Shown here in pieces: positions 13,472 to 23,047 of a stretch of DNA of 64,000 bases. The notes under the pieces are model-generated. The model was not told the DNA's origin. It was given only the letters and a program-made list of their open reading frames with translations, and did no database searches. Source of the DNA: Lysobacterales bacterium (GTDB taxonomy: Bacteria; Pseudomonadota; Gammaproteobacteria; Xanthomonadales; SZUA-5); the NCBI GenBank assembly GCA_019187485.1, contig JABAQR010000001.1:40359-104358 (forward strand), written 5' to 3'. Position 1 is the first letter of the stretch. Each line of letters opens with the position of its first letter. A program made the translations under genes and the position numbers.

Positions 13472-16315
13472 ATGAACGCGAGTCGGGAGACGATGGGTGC
13501 TTGGGGAGGTCTGCTGCTGGCGTGGCTCGGCCTGGTAGCGTCGTCGTCGTGGGCTGCGCCCGGCCGTTGGAGCAGCGCCGGCCCCTATGGCGGCCGCGTG
13601 GACAGCGCCGTTGCCGGGACGGGCGAGCCTGGCGTTGTCTACGCAAGCGCGCACCGCAGCGTCTACCGCTCGACCAATGCAGGCCAGAGCTGGAGCCCGG
13701 CTTTCGCCGGCCTGTCGACGCTGCTGCCGGGCGAGACCGTGCTCGCGGCGCACCCGACGGTGCCGCGCCTGCTGGCGCTCGCCGGCGCGCGCGGTGTGTT
13801 CCTGTCCTTCAACGGTGCGCGCACCTGGGTGCGCCGCGATCTCGGCCTGCCGGTCGGCACGGTCGGTTTTCGCAGTGTGGACGTGGAGTTCGCGAGCGGC
13901 GCACCGATGCGCCTTTATCTGGCGAGCGCCGATCACGGGCTCTACCGCAGCGACAACGGCGGACTCTCCTGGACCGCGGTCGGCGGTGCGACGCTGCCCA
14001 GCGACCTCGACCGGATCGCGGTCGATCCGGCCAATCCAGATGTGGTGCTCGCCTGGGCGCTCGAACGCAATGGCGGCTTCCCGACCAGCCTGTATCGCAG
14101 CGTCGATGGCGGCAACAGTTTCATCGGCATTCCCGGGCCGTGGGACTTCGGTGGGCCGCTCGAAGATCCGCTGGACCTGCTCGATTTCGCCCGCAACACG
14201 CCCGGGACGGTGTTCCTGAGCGGCGCTTTCGGCAATTTCCGCTCGCTCGACGGCGGGGCCAGCTTCAGTACCCTGGGGACGCTGCCGCAGGGCAACACCC
14301 AGCGTCTGCACAGCCTGGCACCGGACCCGAGCGATCCCGGCAGGATCGTGTTCGGCAGTTCGGAGGGCGTGCTGCTGACCGTCGACAATGGCACCAGTTT
14401 CCTGCCGCGCAACGGTGGTCTGTCGAATTCCGCCTTCGATCCGGCCTCGATCGGCCCGGTGCTGATCGACGCGGTCGATCCGGACCGCTGGCTGGCGTTT
14501 TCCCGGTCGGGCGAGGTGTTCCGCAGCCAGAACGCCGGCCTGGGCTGGTCCGCGTCCAGCGAAGGACTGCGCGGCACCACCGTCCAGACACTGGTCGTGC
14601 ACCCGGCGCGTCCACAGCGCGTCTACGCCGGCCTGCGCAATCTGCGACTGGAGTCGACCTCGCCAGCGCTGTTCATCTCCGACGACGATGCTCAGCACTG
14701 GCAGCGTTCGAACGCCTCCTTGGCGCTGGATACGGTCAATGCCCTGGCCTTCGATCCCGGCGCCGTGGCCGTGCCGACACTCACGCGCATTTACGTCGGC
14801 GGCGCGGACTTCGCCCCGCTCGGCGATCCGCCGACCAGTTATCGCGGCGGTGTGTTCCGCTCCCAGGACGGCGGCCTCAGCTGGCAGCCGGTCGACAATC
14901 TGGTGCCGATGCCGGCCGGCGGGCCCGCCGCCACAGGCGAGGTCACGGCGCTGCTGGTGGATCCGGACAGCGTCGAACTCGGTGCCGCGCAGGCGCTGTA
15001 CTTCGCCGCGCACGGACTGGTCCGCTGCATCGGCGGGACACCCACGCTCGAGGTGGCGCGGCTGTGGCGCAGCAGTTCGGCGGCCTTCTCGTGGACAGCA
15101 CGCGACGGCCTGCCGCCCGGCAGTTGCACCCCGCGTCTGCACTACCCCTTGCCCACATCGCTGGCCTTCGACCCCGGTGACACCCAGGTGATCTACGCCG
15201 GCACTCGCCTCGCCGGTTATTGCCGCGACTGCGGCGATCCCTTGCCGACGATCATCGGTGGCGTCTGGAAAAGCGTCGACGCCGGCCTCAACTGGACCCC
15301 GGTCAACAACGGCCTGCCGCGCATGTCCGGCAGTGGTGGCACGCTCGACGTGCTCGCACTCGCCGCAGTGCCCGGTGTGCCGGGAGCGCTCTACGCGGCG
15401 CTGGTCGATCCGAGCGTTGCGGAGTCGCAAGGGCGCGTCTACAAGACCGTCGACGGCGGCGCCAACTGGTTCCCGGCCGACGACGGCATCGTCGGTCTCA
15501 CGGTGCGCGCGCTGCTGATCGATCCGGATACGCCGAATCGCGTCTACGCGGGGGTCGCCGGCATCGAGACCACGCCCGGCGGCGTGTACGTCAGCAACGA
15601 CGGCGGCCAGAACTGGGACTCGATCAGCATCGACCTGCCGGTCGACTCGGCGCAGGCACTCGGGCTGTCGGCGCCGGCGGGCAATCCGCCAATCCTGCAC
15701 GCCGGCACCGACGAAGGCGTGTGGAGCCTGACGCGCGTGCCGGACGGCGACATCGACGGCCCGCCGGATGCCACCGAAGACGCCGCGCCGAATGGCGGCG
15801 ACGGCAACGAGGATGGCACGCCGGACCGCCTGCAGACAGGAGTGGCGAGTTTCGAGATTCCGGCGGACTTCCTCGGAGTCTTCCGGGGCGGAAATCGCAA
15901 GGGTACGGTCAGTGATTCCGAGCTCGACATCGAAGGTGGTGGTGGCTGCCAGGAAGTTCGCGACGTTGCCGCGATCGATCCGCTCGGCTTGCCCGAGGAC
16001 CTGGACTGGTCCGCCGACGCCGGCATCGTCCGCTTCGAGTACATCGACTGCACCGCCATAGACGTGGAGCTTCGTTTCCACGACGAGGTCTTCGGTCCAG
16101 AATGGCGCTTCCGCCGCTTCGGTCCCGGCGCCGCCGCCAATGTGCTGACCCTGGGCTGGTTGTCGATGGGCAATTCCGCCAGCCGCAGCGGCAACACCTG
16201 GACGCTGCAACTGGTCGACAACAGCCCCGGAGATTTGCGCCGCGAAGTTGGCCGCATCCTGTTCATCGGCGCGCCCGCGCGGCCGCTGCCGCTGCACGCG
16301 AACGGTTTCGAGTGA
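13472..16315 (+). CDS. Secreted BNR/Asp-box repeat propeller protein with a C-terminal acidic Ca-binding-like stretch and a terminal beta-domain
   Basis: Signal peptide (GLLLAWLGLVASSSWA-AP). About a dozen Asp-boxes of the SxDxGxxW type are present: STNAGQSWS, SDNGGLSWT, SVDGGNSF, SQDGGLSWQ, SVDAGLNWT, TVDGGANWF, SNDGGQNWD and others. The antisense 13322..16423 ORF is a shadow. Confidence 0.85.
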   Translation: MNASRETMGAWGGLLLAWLGLVASSSWAAPGRWSSAGPYGGRVDSAVAGTGEPGVVYASAHRSVYRSTNAGQSWSPAFAGLSTLLPGETVLAAHPTVPRLLALAGARGVFLSFNGARTWVRRDLGLPVGTVGFRSVDVEFASGAPMRLYLASADHGLYRSDNGGLSWTAVGGATLPSDLDRIAVDPANPDVVLAWALERNGGFPTSLYRSVDGGNSFIGIPGPWDFGGPLEDPLDLLDFARNTPGTVFLSGAFGNFRSLDGGASFSTLGTLPQGNTQRLHSLAPDPSDPGRIVFGSSEGVLLTVDNGTSFLPRNGGLSNSAFDPASIGPVLIDAVDPDRWLAFSRSGEVFRSQNAGLGWSASSEGLRGTTVQTLVVHPARPQRVYAGLRNLRLESTSPALFISDDDAQHWQRSNASLALDTVNALAFDPGAVAVPTLTRIYVGGADFAPLGDPPTSYRGGVFRSQDGGLSWQPVDNLVPMPAGGPAATGEVTALLVDPDSVELGAAQALYFAAHGLVRCIGGTPTLEVARLWRSSSAAFSWTARDGLPPGSCTPRLHYPLPTSLAFDPGDTQVIYAGTRLAGYCRDCGDPLPTIIGGVWKSVDAGLNWTPVNNGLPRMSGSGGTLDVLALAAVPGVPGALYAALVDPSVAESQGRVYKTVDGGANWFPADDGIVGLTVRALLIDPDTPNRVYAGVAGIETTPGGVYVSNDGGQNWDSISIDLPVDSAQALGLSAPAGNPPILHAGTDEGVWSLTRVPDGDIDGPPDATEDAAPNGGDGNEDGTPDRLQTGVASFEIPADFLGVFRGGNRKGTVSDSELDIEGGGGCQEVRDVAAIDPLGLPEDLDWSADAGIVRFEYIDCTAIDVELRFHDEVFGPEWRFRRFGPGAAANVLTLGWLSMGNSASRSGNTWTLQLVDNSPGDLRREVGRILFIGAPARPLPLHANGFE

Positions 16316-19089
16316 ACGCCGAGCGAGAAGAACCGCCGACCGCGCAGTACGGCGAGACGGTGGTGGTGCCGGGTGGCGCGCCGGCCAAGGTCGATGTGCT
16401 GGCGACGCCGCCCGCCGCCGCACCTCTGGTTGGACCGGGCGCGTGGATCGGCCGCGAGATCGATGATTACCGGATCCTGCGCCCGATCGGCGCCGGTGGC
16501 ATGGGTGTGGTCTTTCTCGCCCAGCAGCGCCACCCCAAGCGCCTGGTCGCGCTAAAGACGCTGCACGCCGGCCTACAGCAGCCGGATCTGCTGGCTCGCT
16601 TCCAGCAAGAAGCCGAAATTCTCGCGCGACTCAAGCACCCAGGGATCGCTCAGATCCACTCGAGCGGCACCACCGATGCCCAGAGCGGCGGCCTGCCATA
16701 CATCGTCATGGAGTATGTCGAGGGCGCACCGCTGCTGGAGTACAGCGGCACCCTCCCGTTGCGCGAATGCGTGCTGCTGCTGATGCGCATCTGCGACGCC
16801 GTCGAGCACGCGCACATCCGCGGCGTGATCCATCGCGACCTCAAGCCCGGCAACATCCTGGTGCAGGCCGACGGCCAGCCCAAGGTGCTGGACTTCGGGG
16901 TCGCCCGACTCACCGGCGAGCAGCCCGGCGCGGCCGAGTTGACCGGCATCGGCATGGTCGTCGGCACGGTGGCCTTCATGAGCCCGGAGCAGGCCAGCGG
17001 CGAGCCCGGCGCAGTCGACATCCGCTCGGATGTCTACGCGCTCGGCCTGATGGGTTACCGCATGCTCAGCGGGCAGATGCCGTACGAGGTCAGCCATCAG
17101 CATCTGGGCAAGGCATTGCAGCAGATCTGCGACACGGCGCCGACGCCGCTGTCGCGCCACGACCGCCGCTACCGCGGCGATCTCGAAGTGATCTTTGCCA
17201 AGGCGCTCGCCAAGGACAAGGAAGCGCGCTACCAGAACGCCGCAGAGTTTGCCGAGGATCTGCGCCGCTGGCTCGCCGACGAGGCGATCCTCGCGCGTCG
17301 CGCCAGTGTGCTCGCCGACGTGCGCCGCTTTGCGCGCCGCAACAAGGCGCTGGTCGGCGCCGCGCTGGTGGTGCTGGCTGCACTGATCGCCGCGGTCGCG
17401 GTCAGCACCCGCTTTGCGCTGCAGGAGCAGGCCCAGAGGCGGGAAGCGGACGCGATGGTCGATTTCATGCGCAGCATGCTGTCCGGCGCCAACCCGGTAC
17501 TTGCGCAAGGTCGCGACGCCAGCGTGCGCGAGCTGATCGCGCAGTCGGAACCGAAGCTCAGGCGCGATCTCGCGGAGGCTCCGATCGCGCGCGGCCGGTT
17601 GCGCGCCACCTTGGCCGAGACCCACCGTGCGCTCGGAGATGACGAGACGGCGCTGCGCTACTACGCCGCGGCCCGCGAGGACTTCCTGGCGGCGGGCGCG
17701 GGTGGAATGGAATCCGAACTGGTTGCTGTCGGAGCCGCGCGCGCGCTGCTCGAACGCGGCCGTGTGCAGGAGGCGCGTCTCGAACTCGACCGGATCCTCG
17801 CTTCGGCGGATGCTGGCGCCGACGTCACTCGGGCGATGGCCAGTCTGCACCTGGCAGTCGCGCTGGCCGATCTCGGCGAGGACGCAGACGCGCAAGTTGA
17901 GTTCGAGCGAGGCTTCGCGCGGCTACGTCGGTCACCCGGGTCCGCTTGCCCTCCGTGCCTGCCGCAATGGGAGGTGCGGATCGAGGTCTGGGCGCGCTCG
18001 CACCAGTCGGCCCTGCAACTGGGCACCGGGGACTCCGCGCGTGCCCTGGAAACCGCCGCAGCGGCCCTGGAAGTCGCCAGGAATCGTCTCGGACCGGATG
18101 ATCCGGATACCCAGGTGGCGATGGTCCATCTCTCCAACGCACTACAAGCCGTGGGCCGCCGCGACGAGGCGATCCAGTTGCTGCGCGATGCCCTTGCCGA
18201 GCGCAGGCGGGTCCTGAAGGACGGGCACTGGCTGACCATGGCGACGGCCAATAATCTGGCGATGGCGCTCAAGGATGAGGGTCAGCTCGATGCAGCGTCG
18301 GAAATGTTGCGCTTCTGGCTCGAGGTGGCGGCCGGCGCACTCGACGCCGGACACCCGCAGGTCAGTGCGATGAAGGCCAATCTGGGCACGATGCTGTTCG
18401 AACAAGGTCAGATCGAGGAGGCGGTCAAACTGCTTCAGGAAGCTTATGACCACCAGCGCGGCCACCTGGGCGAAAGTCACCCTGCGACGCTGAATAACGC
18501 AATGAACCTCGCGGTCATGTACTCACGGCTGGCGCACGCGGACCCGGCACGCTTCGACGACGCCGAGCGCCTGATGCGCGCGGCGTTGGATGGCACCATC
18601 GCACGCTTTGGCGCTGAGCACCGGCAAACCATCGGCGTGCGCTCCGAATACGCCTCGTTGCTGCGAAATCGCGACCGGCTGGACGACGCCGAACGCGAGT
18701 TCGCGGCGGCCTGGGCGCTCGCCCAGACGCAACTGCCGCCGGGCCACGACGACCGCTTGCGCGTGCTGTTCCAGTACTCGGGCCTGCTCCAGCGCCAGCA
18801 GCGTTACGTCAAAGCCGAAGCGCTGAGCGCACAGTTGCTCGCGGAGGCTGGTGCCGCCACGAATCCCAACGCGATCCACGCGCGCAAGGCGCCGCTGCGT
18901 CACGCCCGCTCACTGATCGGTCTCAAGCGCTACGACGACGCGGAGCGCCTGCTGTTGGACTACCACGCGCGCCCGGCCGTACAGGCCGACCCGCAGTTGC
19001 TGCGCCCGACCCGCGAGACGCTGGTGCAGCTCTACGAAGCCCGCGGCAGCGCCGCGCAAGCGCAGCGCTATCGTGAGCCACCTCCCTGA
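16312..19089 (+). CDS. Ser/Thr protein kinase with a TM helix and a long extracytoplasmic TPR-repeat domain
   Basis: GAGGMGVVFLA, VALK, HRDLKPGNIL, DFGVA and SPEQ motifs, then a TM helix (ALVGAALVVLAALIAAVAV) and TPR-like repeats. I chose a GTG start that overlaps the BNR gene stop (GTGA at 16312-16315). Alternative GTGs lie within ~50 nt. Confidence 0.85.
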   Translation: MNAEREEPPTAQYGETVVVPGGAPAKVDVLATPPAAAPLVGPGAWIGREIDDYRILRPIGAGGMGVVFLAQQRHPKRLVALKTLHAGLQQPDLLARFQQEAEILARLKHPGIAQIHSSGTTDAQSGGLPYIVMEYVEGAPLLEYSGTLPLRECVLLLMRICDAVEHAHIRGVIHRDLKPGNILVQADGQPKVLDFGVARLTGEQPGAAELTGIGMVVGTVAFMSPEQASGEPGAVDIRSDVYALGLMGYRMLSGQMPYEVSHQHLGKALQQICDTAPTPLSRHDRRYRGDLEVIFAKALAKDKEARYQNAAEFAEDLRRWLADEAILARRASVLADVRRFARRNKALVGAALVVLAALIAAVAVSTRFALQEQAQRREADAMVDFMRSMLSGANPVLAQGRDASVRELIAQSEPKLRRDLAEAPIARGRLRATLAETHRALGDDETALRYYAAAREDFLAAGAGGMESELVAVGAARALLERGRVQEARLELDRILASADAGADVTRAMASLHLAVALADLGEDADAQVEFERGFARLRRSPGSACPPCLPQWEVRIEVWARSHQSALQLGTGDSARALETAAAALEVARNRLGPDDPDTQVAMVHLSNALQAVGRRDEAIQLLRDALAERRRVLKDGHWLTMATANNLAMALKDEGQLDAASEMLRFWLEVAAGALDAGHPQVSAMKANLGTMLFEQGQIEEAVKLLQEAYDHQRGHLGESHPATLNNAMNLAVMYSRLAHADPARFDDAERLMRAALDGTIARFGAEHRQTIGVRSEYASLLRNRDRLDDAEREFAAAWALAQTQLPPGHDDRLRVLFQYSGLLQRQQRYVKAEALSAQLLAEAGAATNPNAIHARKAPLRHARSLIGLKRYDDAERLLLDYHARPAVQADPQLLRPTRETLVQLYEARGSAAQAQRYREPPP

Positions 19090-19430
19090 GGAGACCTGCC
19101 TGGCTCCAGGGCGCTGCCGCGGCGTCTCGGTTCCGCAAGACCGTCGCGCAACTGGGCAGGAGCGGCCACCAGCCCGGATATTTCATGAAGTCGCGAGTAA
19201 ATGGGCCAGTTGTGGTGGCGCGAAAATCTCACAACTCTCCGCGGTGACGGTCCGTACGCAGCCATGTCCCCGCGCACGCGGTCCTCGCTCCTTCCTTGCG
19301 CCGGTCTCCCCAAAGCTCGTCGCCGATCGTGTCCCTGCGGCGGCGTCCGGCCGCAGGGTCACTCGTGCATCCCTATACTGACCGCTCGCCCAGGCCAGGG
19401 GAGCCCGGGTCCGCCTGCCCGAACGCCCGC

Positions 19431-21053
19431 ATGAAAAAGACCCAGCTCTACCTTCTGGCGCTGCTGATCTCGGCCATCGGCCTGTCCTGGGCCTGGTACA
19501 AGTGGCAGGTGCTGCAGTTCCCCTTGAGTCCGCGCGAGGAGGTCGAGGTCTGGTCGATCGAGGCGCGCCTGGAGTTCCAGGGCAACGGCGGGCCGAACAA
19601 GGTGCGCCTGCAACTGCCCTCGCGTGGGCCGGGCGCGGTGCCTGGCTTCGCGGTGATCGAGGAGCGCTTGATCTCGCGCGGCTATTCCGAACAAGTGACC
19701 AAGAGCAAGGAAGGTCGTCAGGTCGAGTGGGTGGTGCGACGCGCTTCCGGCCGGCAGGTGCTGTACTACCGTGCCAACGTGGTGCGCGATACCGCGCCCC
19801 CGGTGGAGCCAGGCGAGCCCAGGGTGCTGACGCCGCCGGAACTGAGCGAGGCGCAGATCGCGGCCATCGAGACCATTTTCGAGGACGTCAAGGAACGTTC
19901 GGCCGACATCGTCACCTTCACCCGCGAGTTCATCCGCGAGTTCATCGCCGAAGAACCGCGCGACGAAGCGCGGGTGCTGCTGGACGGCCTCGACAGCGCC
20001 GAGGACCGCGCCCAGTTCATCGCCCGCGCGCTCGCCATCCGCAACATCCCGGCGCGCGTGCTGCACGGGATGTCGCTGGGCGAACCGAAGTCCTTCCAGC
20101 AGCTCTCGCCCTTCCTGCAGGTGCACAACGGCCAGGCCTGGGTGGTGATGGATCTGGCCACCGCCGAGGAAGGTCTGCCGGAGAACTTCTTCCTGTGGAC
20201 GCGCAGCCCGCGCGACCTGCTCGCGGTGGAGAGCGACAAGCGCCCGAAGATCGAGTTCGCGGTGCAGCGCAACCTCGCCGATGCGGTCGCCATCGCCACT
20301 CGCCGCACCGAGGTGCGTTCCGAGAATCTGGTCAAGTACTCGCTGCTCGGCCTGCCGGTGGAGATGCAGGGCGTGTACCGCATCCTGCTGACGGTGCCGA
20401 TCGGCGCCTTCATCATGCTGATCCTGCGCAATGTGATCGGCTTCAAGACCTTCGGCACCTTCATGCCGGTGCTGATCGCGCTCGCCTTCCGCGAGACCAA
20501 GATCCTGTCCGGCGTGATCCTGTTCTCGCTGGTGGTCTCGCTCGGCCTGCTCGCGCGCTTCTACCTGGAGCGCCTGCGCCTGCTGCTGGTGCCGCGCCTG
20601 ACCAGCGTGCTGATCCTGGTGATCCTGCTGATGAGCATCGTCAGCGTGCTCGCGCATCAGCTCGACATCCCGGTCGGCCTGTCGATCGCGCTCTTTCCCA
20701 TGGTGATCATGACCATGACCATCGAGCGCATGTCGATCGCCTGGGACGAGCGCGGACCCGGCACCGCGATCAAGGAGGGTGTCGGCACCCTGATCGTGGC
20801 CTCGCTGGCCTATCTGGTGATGACCTGGGGCCCGCTCGAACACCTGGTGTTCGTGTTCCCGGAACTGCTGCTGGTGCTGCTCGGCGTGACCCTGCTGCTC
20901 GGACGCTACTCCGGCTACCGCCTGCTCGAACTGTTCCGCTTCCGCGCGCTGGCGCGCGAGCGCGAAGCGGCGATTGCGAAAGGCAGCGTGGTGCCGCATG
21001 GCGGCACCGGCGGCACGCCCCCGCTCGGCGACGACAGCAAGCCCGCGCCATGA
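19431..21053 (+). CDS. Inactive-transglutaminase domain fused to a 7-TM domain (PF14400/PF14402-type)
   Basis: MKKTQLYLLALLISAIGLSWAWYKW, then a periplasmic domain, then a 7-TM C-terminus (ILLTVPIGAFIMLILRNVIGFKTFGTFMPVLIALAF...). It overlaps the next gene by ATGA. Confidence 0.8.
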   Translation: MKKTQLYLLALLISAIGLSWAWYKWQVLQFPLSPREEVEVWSIEARLEFQGNGGPNKVRLQLPSRGPGAVPGFAVIEERLISRGYSEQVTKSKEGRQVEWVVRRASGRQVLYYRANVVRDTAPPVEPGEPRVLTPPELSEAQIAAIETIFEDVKERSADIVTFTREFIREFIAEEPRDEARVLLDGLDSAEDRAQFIARALAIRNIPARVLHGMSLGEPKSFQQLSPFLQVHNGQAWVVMDLATAEEGLPENFFLWTRSPRDLLAVESDKRPKIEFAVQRNLADAVAIATRRTEVRSENLVKYSLLGLPVEMQGVYRILLTVPIGAFIMLILRNVIGFKTFGTFMPVLIALAFRETKILSGVILFSLVVSLGLLARFYLERLRLLLVPRLTSVLILVILLMSIVSVLAHQLDIPVGLSIALFPMVIMTMTIERMSIAWDERGPGTAIKEGVGTLIVASLAYLVMTWGPLEHLVFVFPELLLVLLGVTLLLGRYSGYRLLELFRFRALAREREAAIAKGSVVPHGGTGGTPPLGDDSKPAP

Positions 21054-22003
21054 TGAATCCCTTCACCATCGCGAAGCGGCTGCGCGAGATCGGCCTGGCC
21101 GGCATCAACCGCCGCAACGCCGACTATGTGCTGCGCTGGAACCCGCGCAAGTTCTATCCGCGCGTCGACGACAAGGTGCTCACCAAGCAGCTCGCGATCG
21201 AGGCCGGGCTGCCGGTGCCGGAACTCTATGCGGTGGTCCGCGAGGAGCACGAGATCGAGGAGCTGCACGCGAAGATCAAGGATCGCGAGGCCTTCGTCGC
21301 CAAGCCGGCGCACGGCTCCGGCGGCGACGGCATCCTGGTCATCACCGGCCGCCGCGGCGCCAAGTACCGGCGCAGCAACGGCCAACTGATGGACCAGGAG
21401 GACTTCGAGCACCATCTGTCGAACACCTTGTCCGGCCTGTTCAGCCTCGGCGGCCAGCCGGACGCGGTGCTGATCGAGTACTGCGTGCAGTTCGACCCGA
21501 TCTTCGACCACGTCAGCTACAAGGGCGTGCCGGACGTGCGCGTGATCGTGTTCCGCGGCTATCCGGTGATGGCGATGATCCGCCTGCCGACGCGCATGTC
21601 CGACGGCAAGGCGAACCTGCACCAGGGCGCGATCGGCGTCGGCATCGACATCCCCACCGGCCTCACTCGCCGCGGGGTGTGGGGCAACGAGCCGGTCAAG
21701 GAGCACCCGGACACCGAGCACTCGATCATCGGCCTCGCCATCCCACGCTGGGACGAGCTGCTGCACATCGCCGCGCGCGCCTCGGAGATGAGCGGGCTCG
21801 GCTATGTCGGCGTCGACCTCGTGCTCGACAAGACCCTCGGGCCGCTGATCCTCGAACTCAACGCGCGCCCCGGCCTCGCCATCCAGATCGCCAACGGCAA
21901 CGGCCTGATCCACCGCCTCGACAAGATCGAGAAGATCGCGACCCCCGACCCGGATCCGGCCGCCCGCGTGGCGTTCTCGCGGCGCGAGTTCCCGACGCTG
22001 TAG
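21050..22003 (+). CDS. Alpha-L-glutamate-ligase-like ATP-grasp protein (RimK-related, TIGR02291-type)
   Basis: MMNPFTIAKRLREIGLAGINRRNADYVLRWNPRKFYPRVDDKVLTK..FVAKPAHGSGGDGILV..GYVGVDLVLDKTLGPLILELNARPGL. The start overlaps the upstream stop (ATGA at 21050-21053). Confidence 0.85.
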   Translation: MMNPFTIAKRLREIGLAGINRRNADYVLRWNPRKFYPRVDDKVLTKQLAIEAGLPVPELYAVVREEHEIEELHAKIKDREAFVAKPAHGSGGDGILVITGRRGAKYRRSNGQLMDQEDFEHHLSNTLSGLFSLGGQPDAVLIEYCVQFDPIFDHVSYKGVPDVRVIVFRGYPVMAMIRLPTRMSDGKANLHQGAIGVGIDIPTGLTRRGVWGNEPVKEHPDTEHSIIGLAIPRWDELLHIAARASEMSGLGYVGVDLVLDKTLGPLILELNARPGLAIQIANGNGLIHRLDKIEKIATPDPDPAARVAFSRREFPTL

Positions 22004-22047
22004 GCGGCCCCGGCCGGTCAAACACGGAGAAAAGCCCAACCGTGGTT

Positions 22048-22076
22048 GCGCCCTCTGCGCCCTCTGCGTCTCCGCG
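22048..22076. repeat. Solo tandem 9-mer array GCGCCCTCT x2 plus GCGTCTCC
   Basis: Counted directly. The reverse-complement unit AGAGGGCGC matches the element-E unit AAAGGACGC at 7 of 9 positions. I found no inverted partner. It lies 11 nt from the cysB-like stop codon. Confidence 0.75.
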
Positions 22077-22087
22077 TTGAACCGCCA

Positions 22088-23047
22088 TCAGGAGGCGAAC
22101 CACCCCGGCTCGCCGAACTCCGCCTTCTCGAGCCCCGCCAGCACCCGCCGCAGCGCGGCGAGGTCCAGACCCGGAGACAGCCCGCGCAGCAGCGCCAGCG
22201 TGTAGTCGCGCGGCACCCGGTTGGCCGGCAGCAGCGCGTAGGTGGTGCAGGCGGCGATGCGCTCGTCGAGCGGGATCGCACGCACGCTGTCCGGGAGCCT
22301 GCGCGTGGCGAGGTCGGCGACGATGCCGACGCCAATGCCCTGTTCGACGTAGGTGCGGATCAGCTCGGCGTCGCTGGCGGTGACCGCGTATTCCGGCTTC
22401 AGTTGCTGCTCGGCGAAGGCCGCCGCCAGCGAGGAACCTGGTCGCACGGTCGAGGGGTAGACCAACAGCGGTTGAGTGGCGAGATCGGCCAGGCGCAACA
22501 GTCCGCGATCCGCGAAGGCATGCCCGGCCGGCACCAGCGCCACGCGCTTCCAGCGGAACAACGGGACCGCCAGGCCGGACTCCGGCGGCAGGCCGGCGCT
22601 GGAGGACAGCGCGACGTCGACATCACCGCCGCCAAGGGCCTCGACGATGCGCGCGGGATCGGTGGTCTCGATGGCCAGGCGCACGCGCGGGTAGCGCAGC
22701 CGCAGCGCGCCAAGCGCATCCGGCAGCACGAAACGCGCGAGCGTGTGCGTGCACACCAGGCGCAGCTCGCCCTCGGTCTCGGCGCGGGTGTTCGCGGCGA
22801 AGGCGCGGATGCTTTTCGCCTGGTCGACGATCAGGCGCGCGCGCTGCGCGACCTCGGCACCGAGCTCGGTCAGCCCGGTCAGGCGCTTGCCGTTGCGCAG
22901 GAACACCGGGAAACCGAGTTCGTCCTCGAGCGCCTTCAACTGCTTGGACAAGCCCGGCTGGGTCGCGTGCACGCGCTCGGCCGCCTGGGTGAGGTTCAGG
23001 CCGGAATCGACGATCGCAATCAGGTGGCGGAGCTGGATCAGGGTCAT
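22088..23047 (-). CDS. cysB: LysR-family transcriptional regulator, CysB-like
   Basis: HTH (LNLTQAAERVHATQPGLSKQLKALEDELG), CTHTLARFVLP and DAELIRTYVEQGIGVGIVADLA parallel the E. coli CysB motifs TSQPGISKQ, THTQARYALP and DADVIKTYVRLGLGVGVIA. It is divergent from cysG. The gene symbol is tentative. Confidence 0.8.
   Translation of the reverse strand: MTLIQLRHLIAIVDSGLNLTQAAERVHATQPGLSKQLKALEDELGFPVFLRNGKRLTGLTELGAEVAQRARLIVDQAKSIRAFAANTRAETEGELRLVCTHTLARFVLPDALGALRLRYPRVRLAIETTDPARIVEALGGGDVDVALSSSAGLPPESGLAVPLFRWKRVALVPAGHAFADRGLLRLADLATQPLLVYPSTVRPGSSLAAAFAEQQLKPEYAVTASDAELIRTYVEQGIGVGIVADLATRRLPDSVRAIPLDERIAACTTYALLPANRVPRDYTLALLRGLSPGLDLAALRRVLAGLEKAEFGEPGWFAS

Noticed and set aside
19090-19430. 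ORFs of 77-102 aa in the gap upstream of the transglutaminase-like gene, considered as the missing retropepsin-like protease
   Set aside because: The translations are Arg/Pro/Ser-rich and lack DTG/DSG aspartic-protease motifs and coding-like composition.
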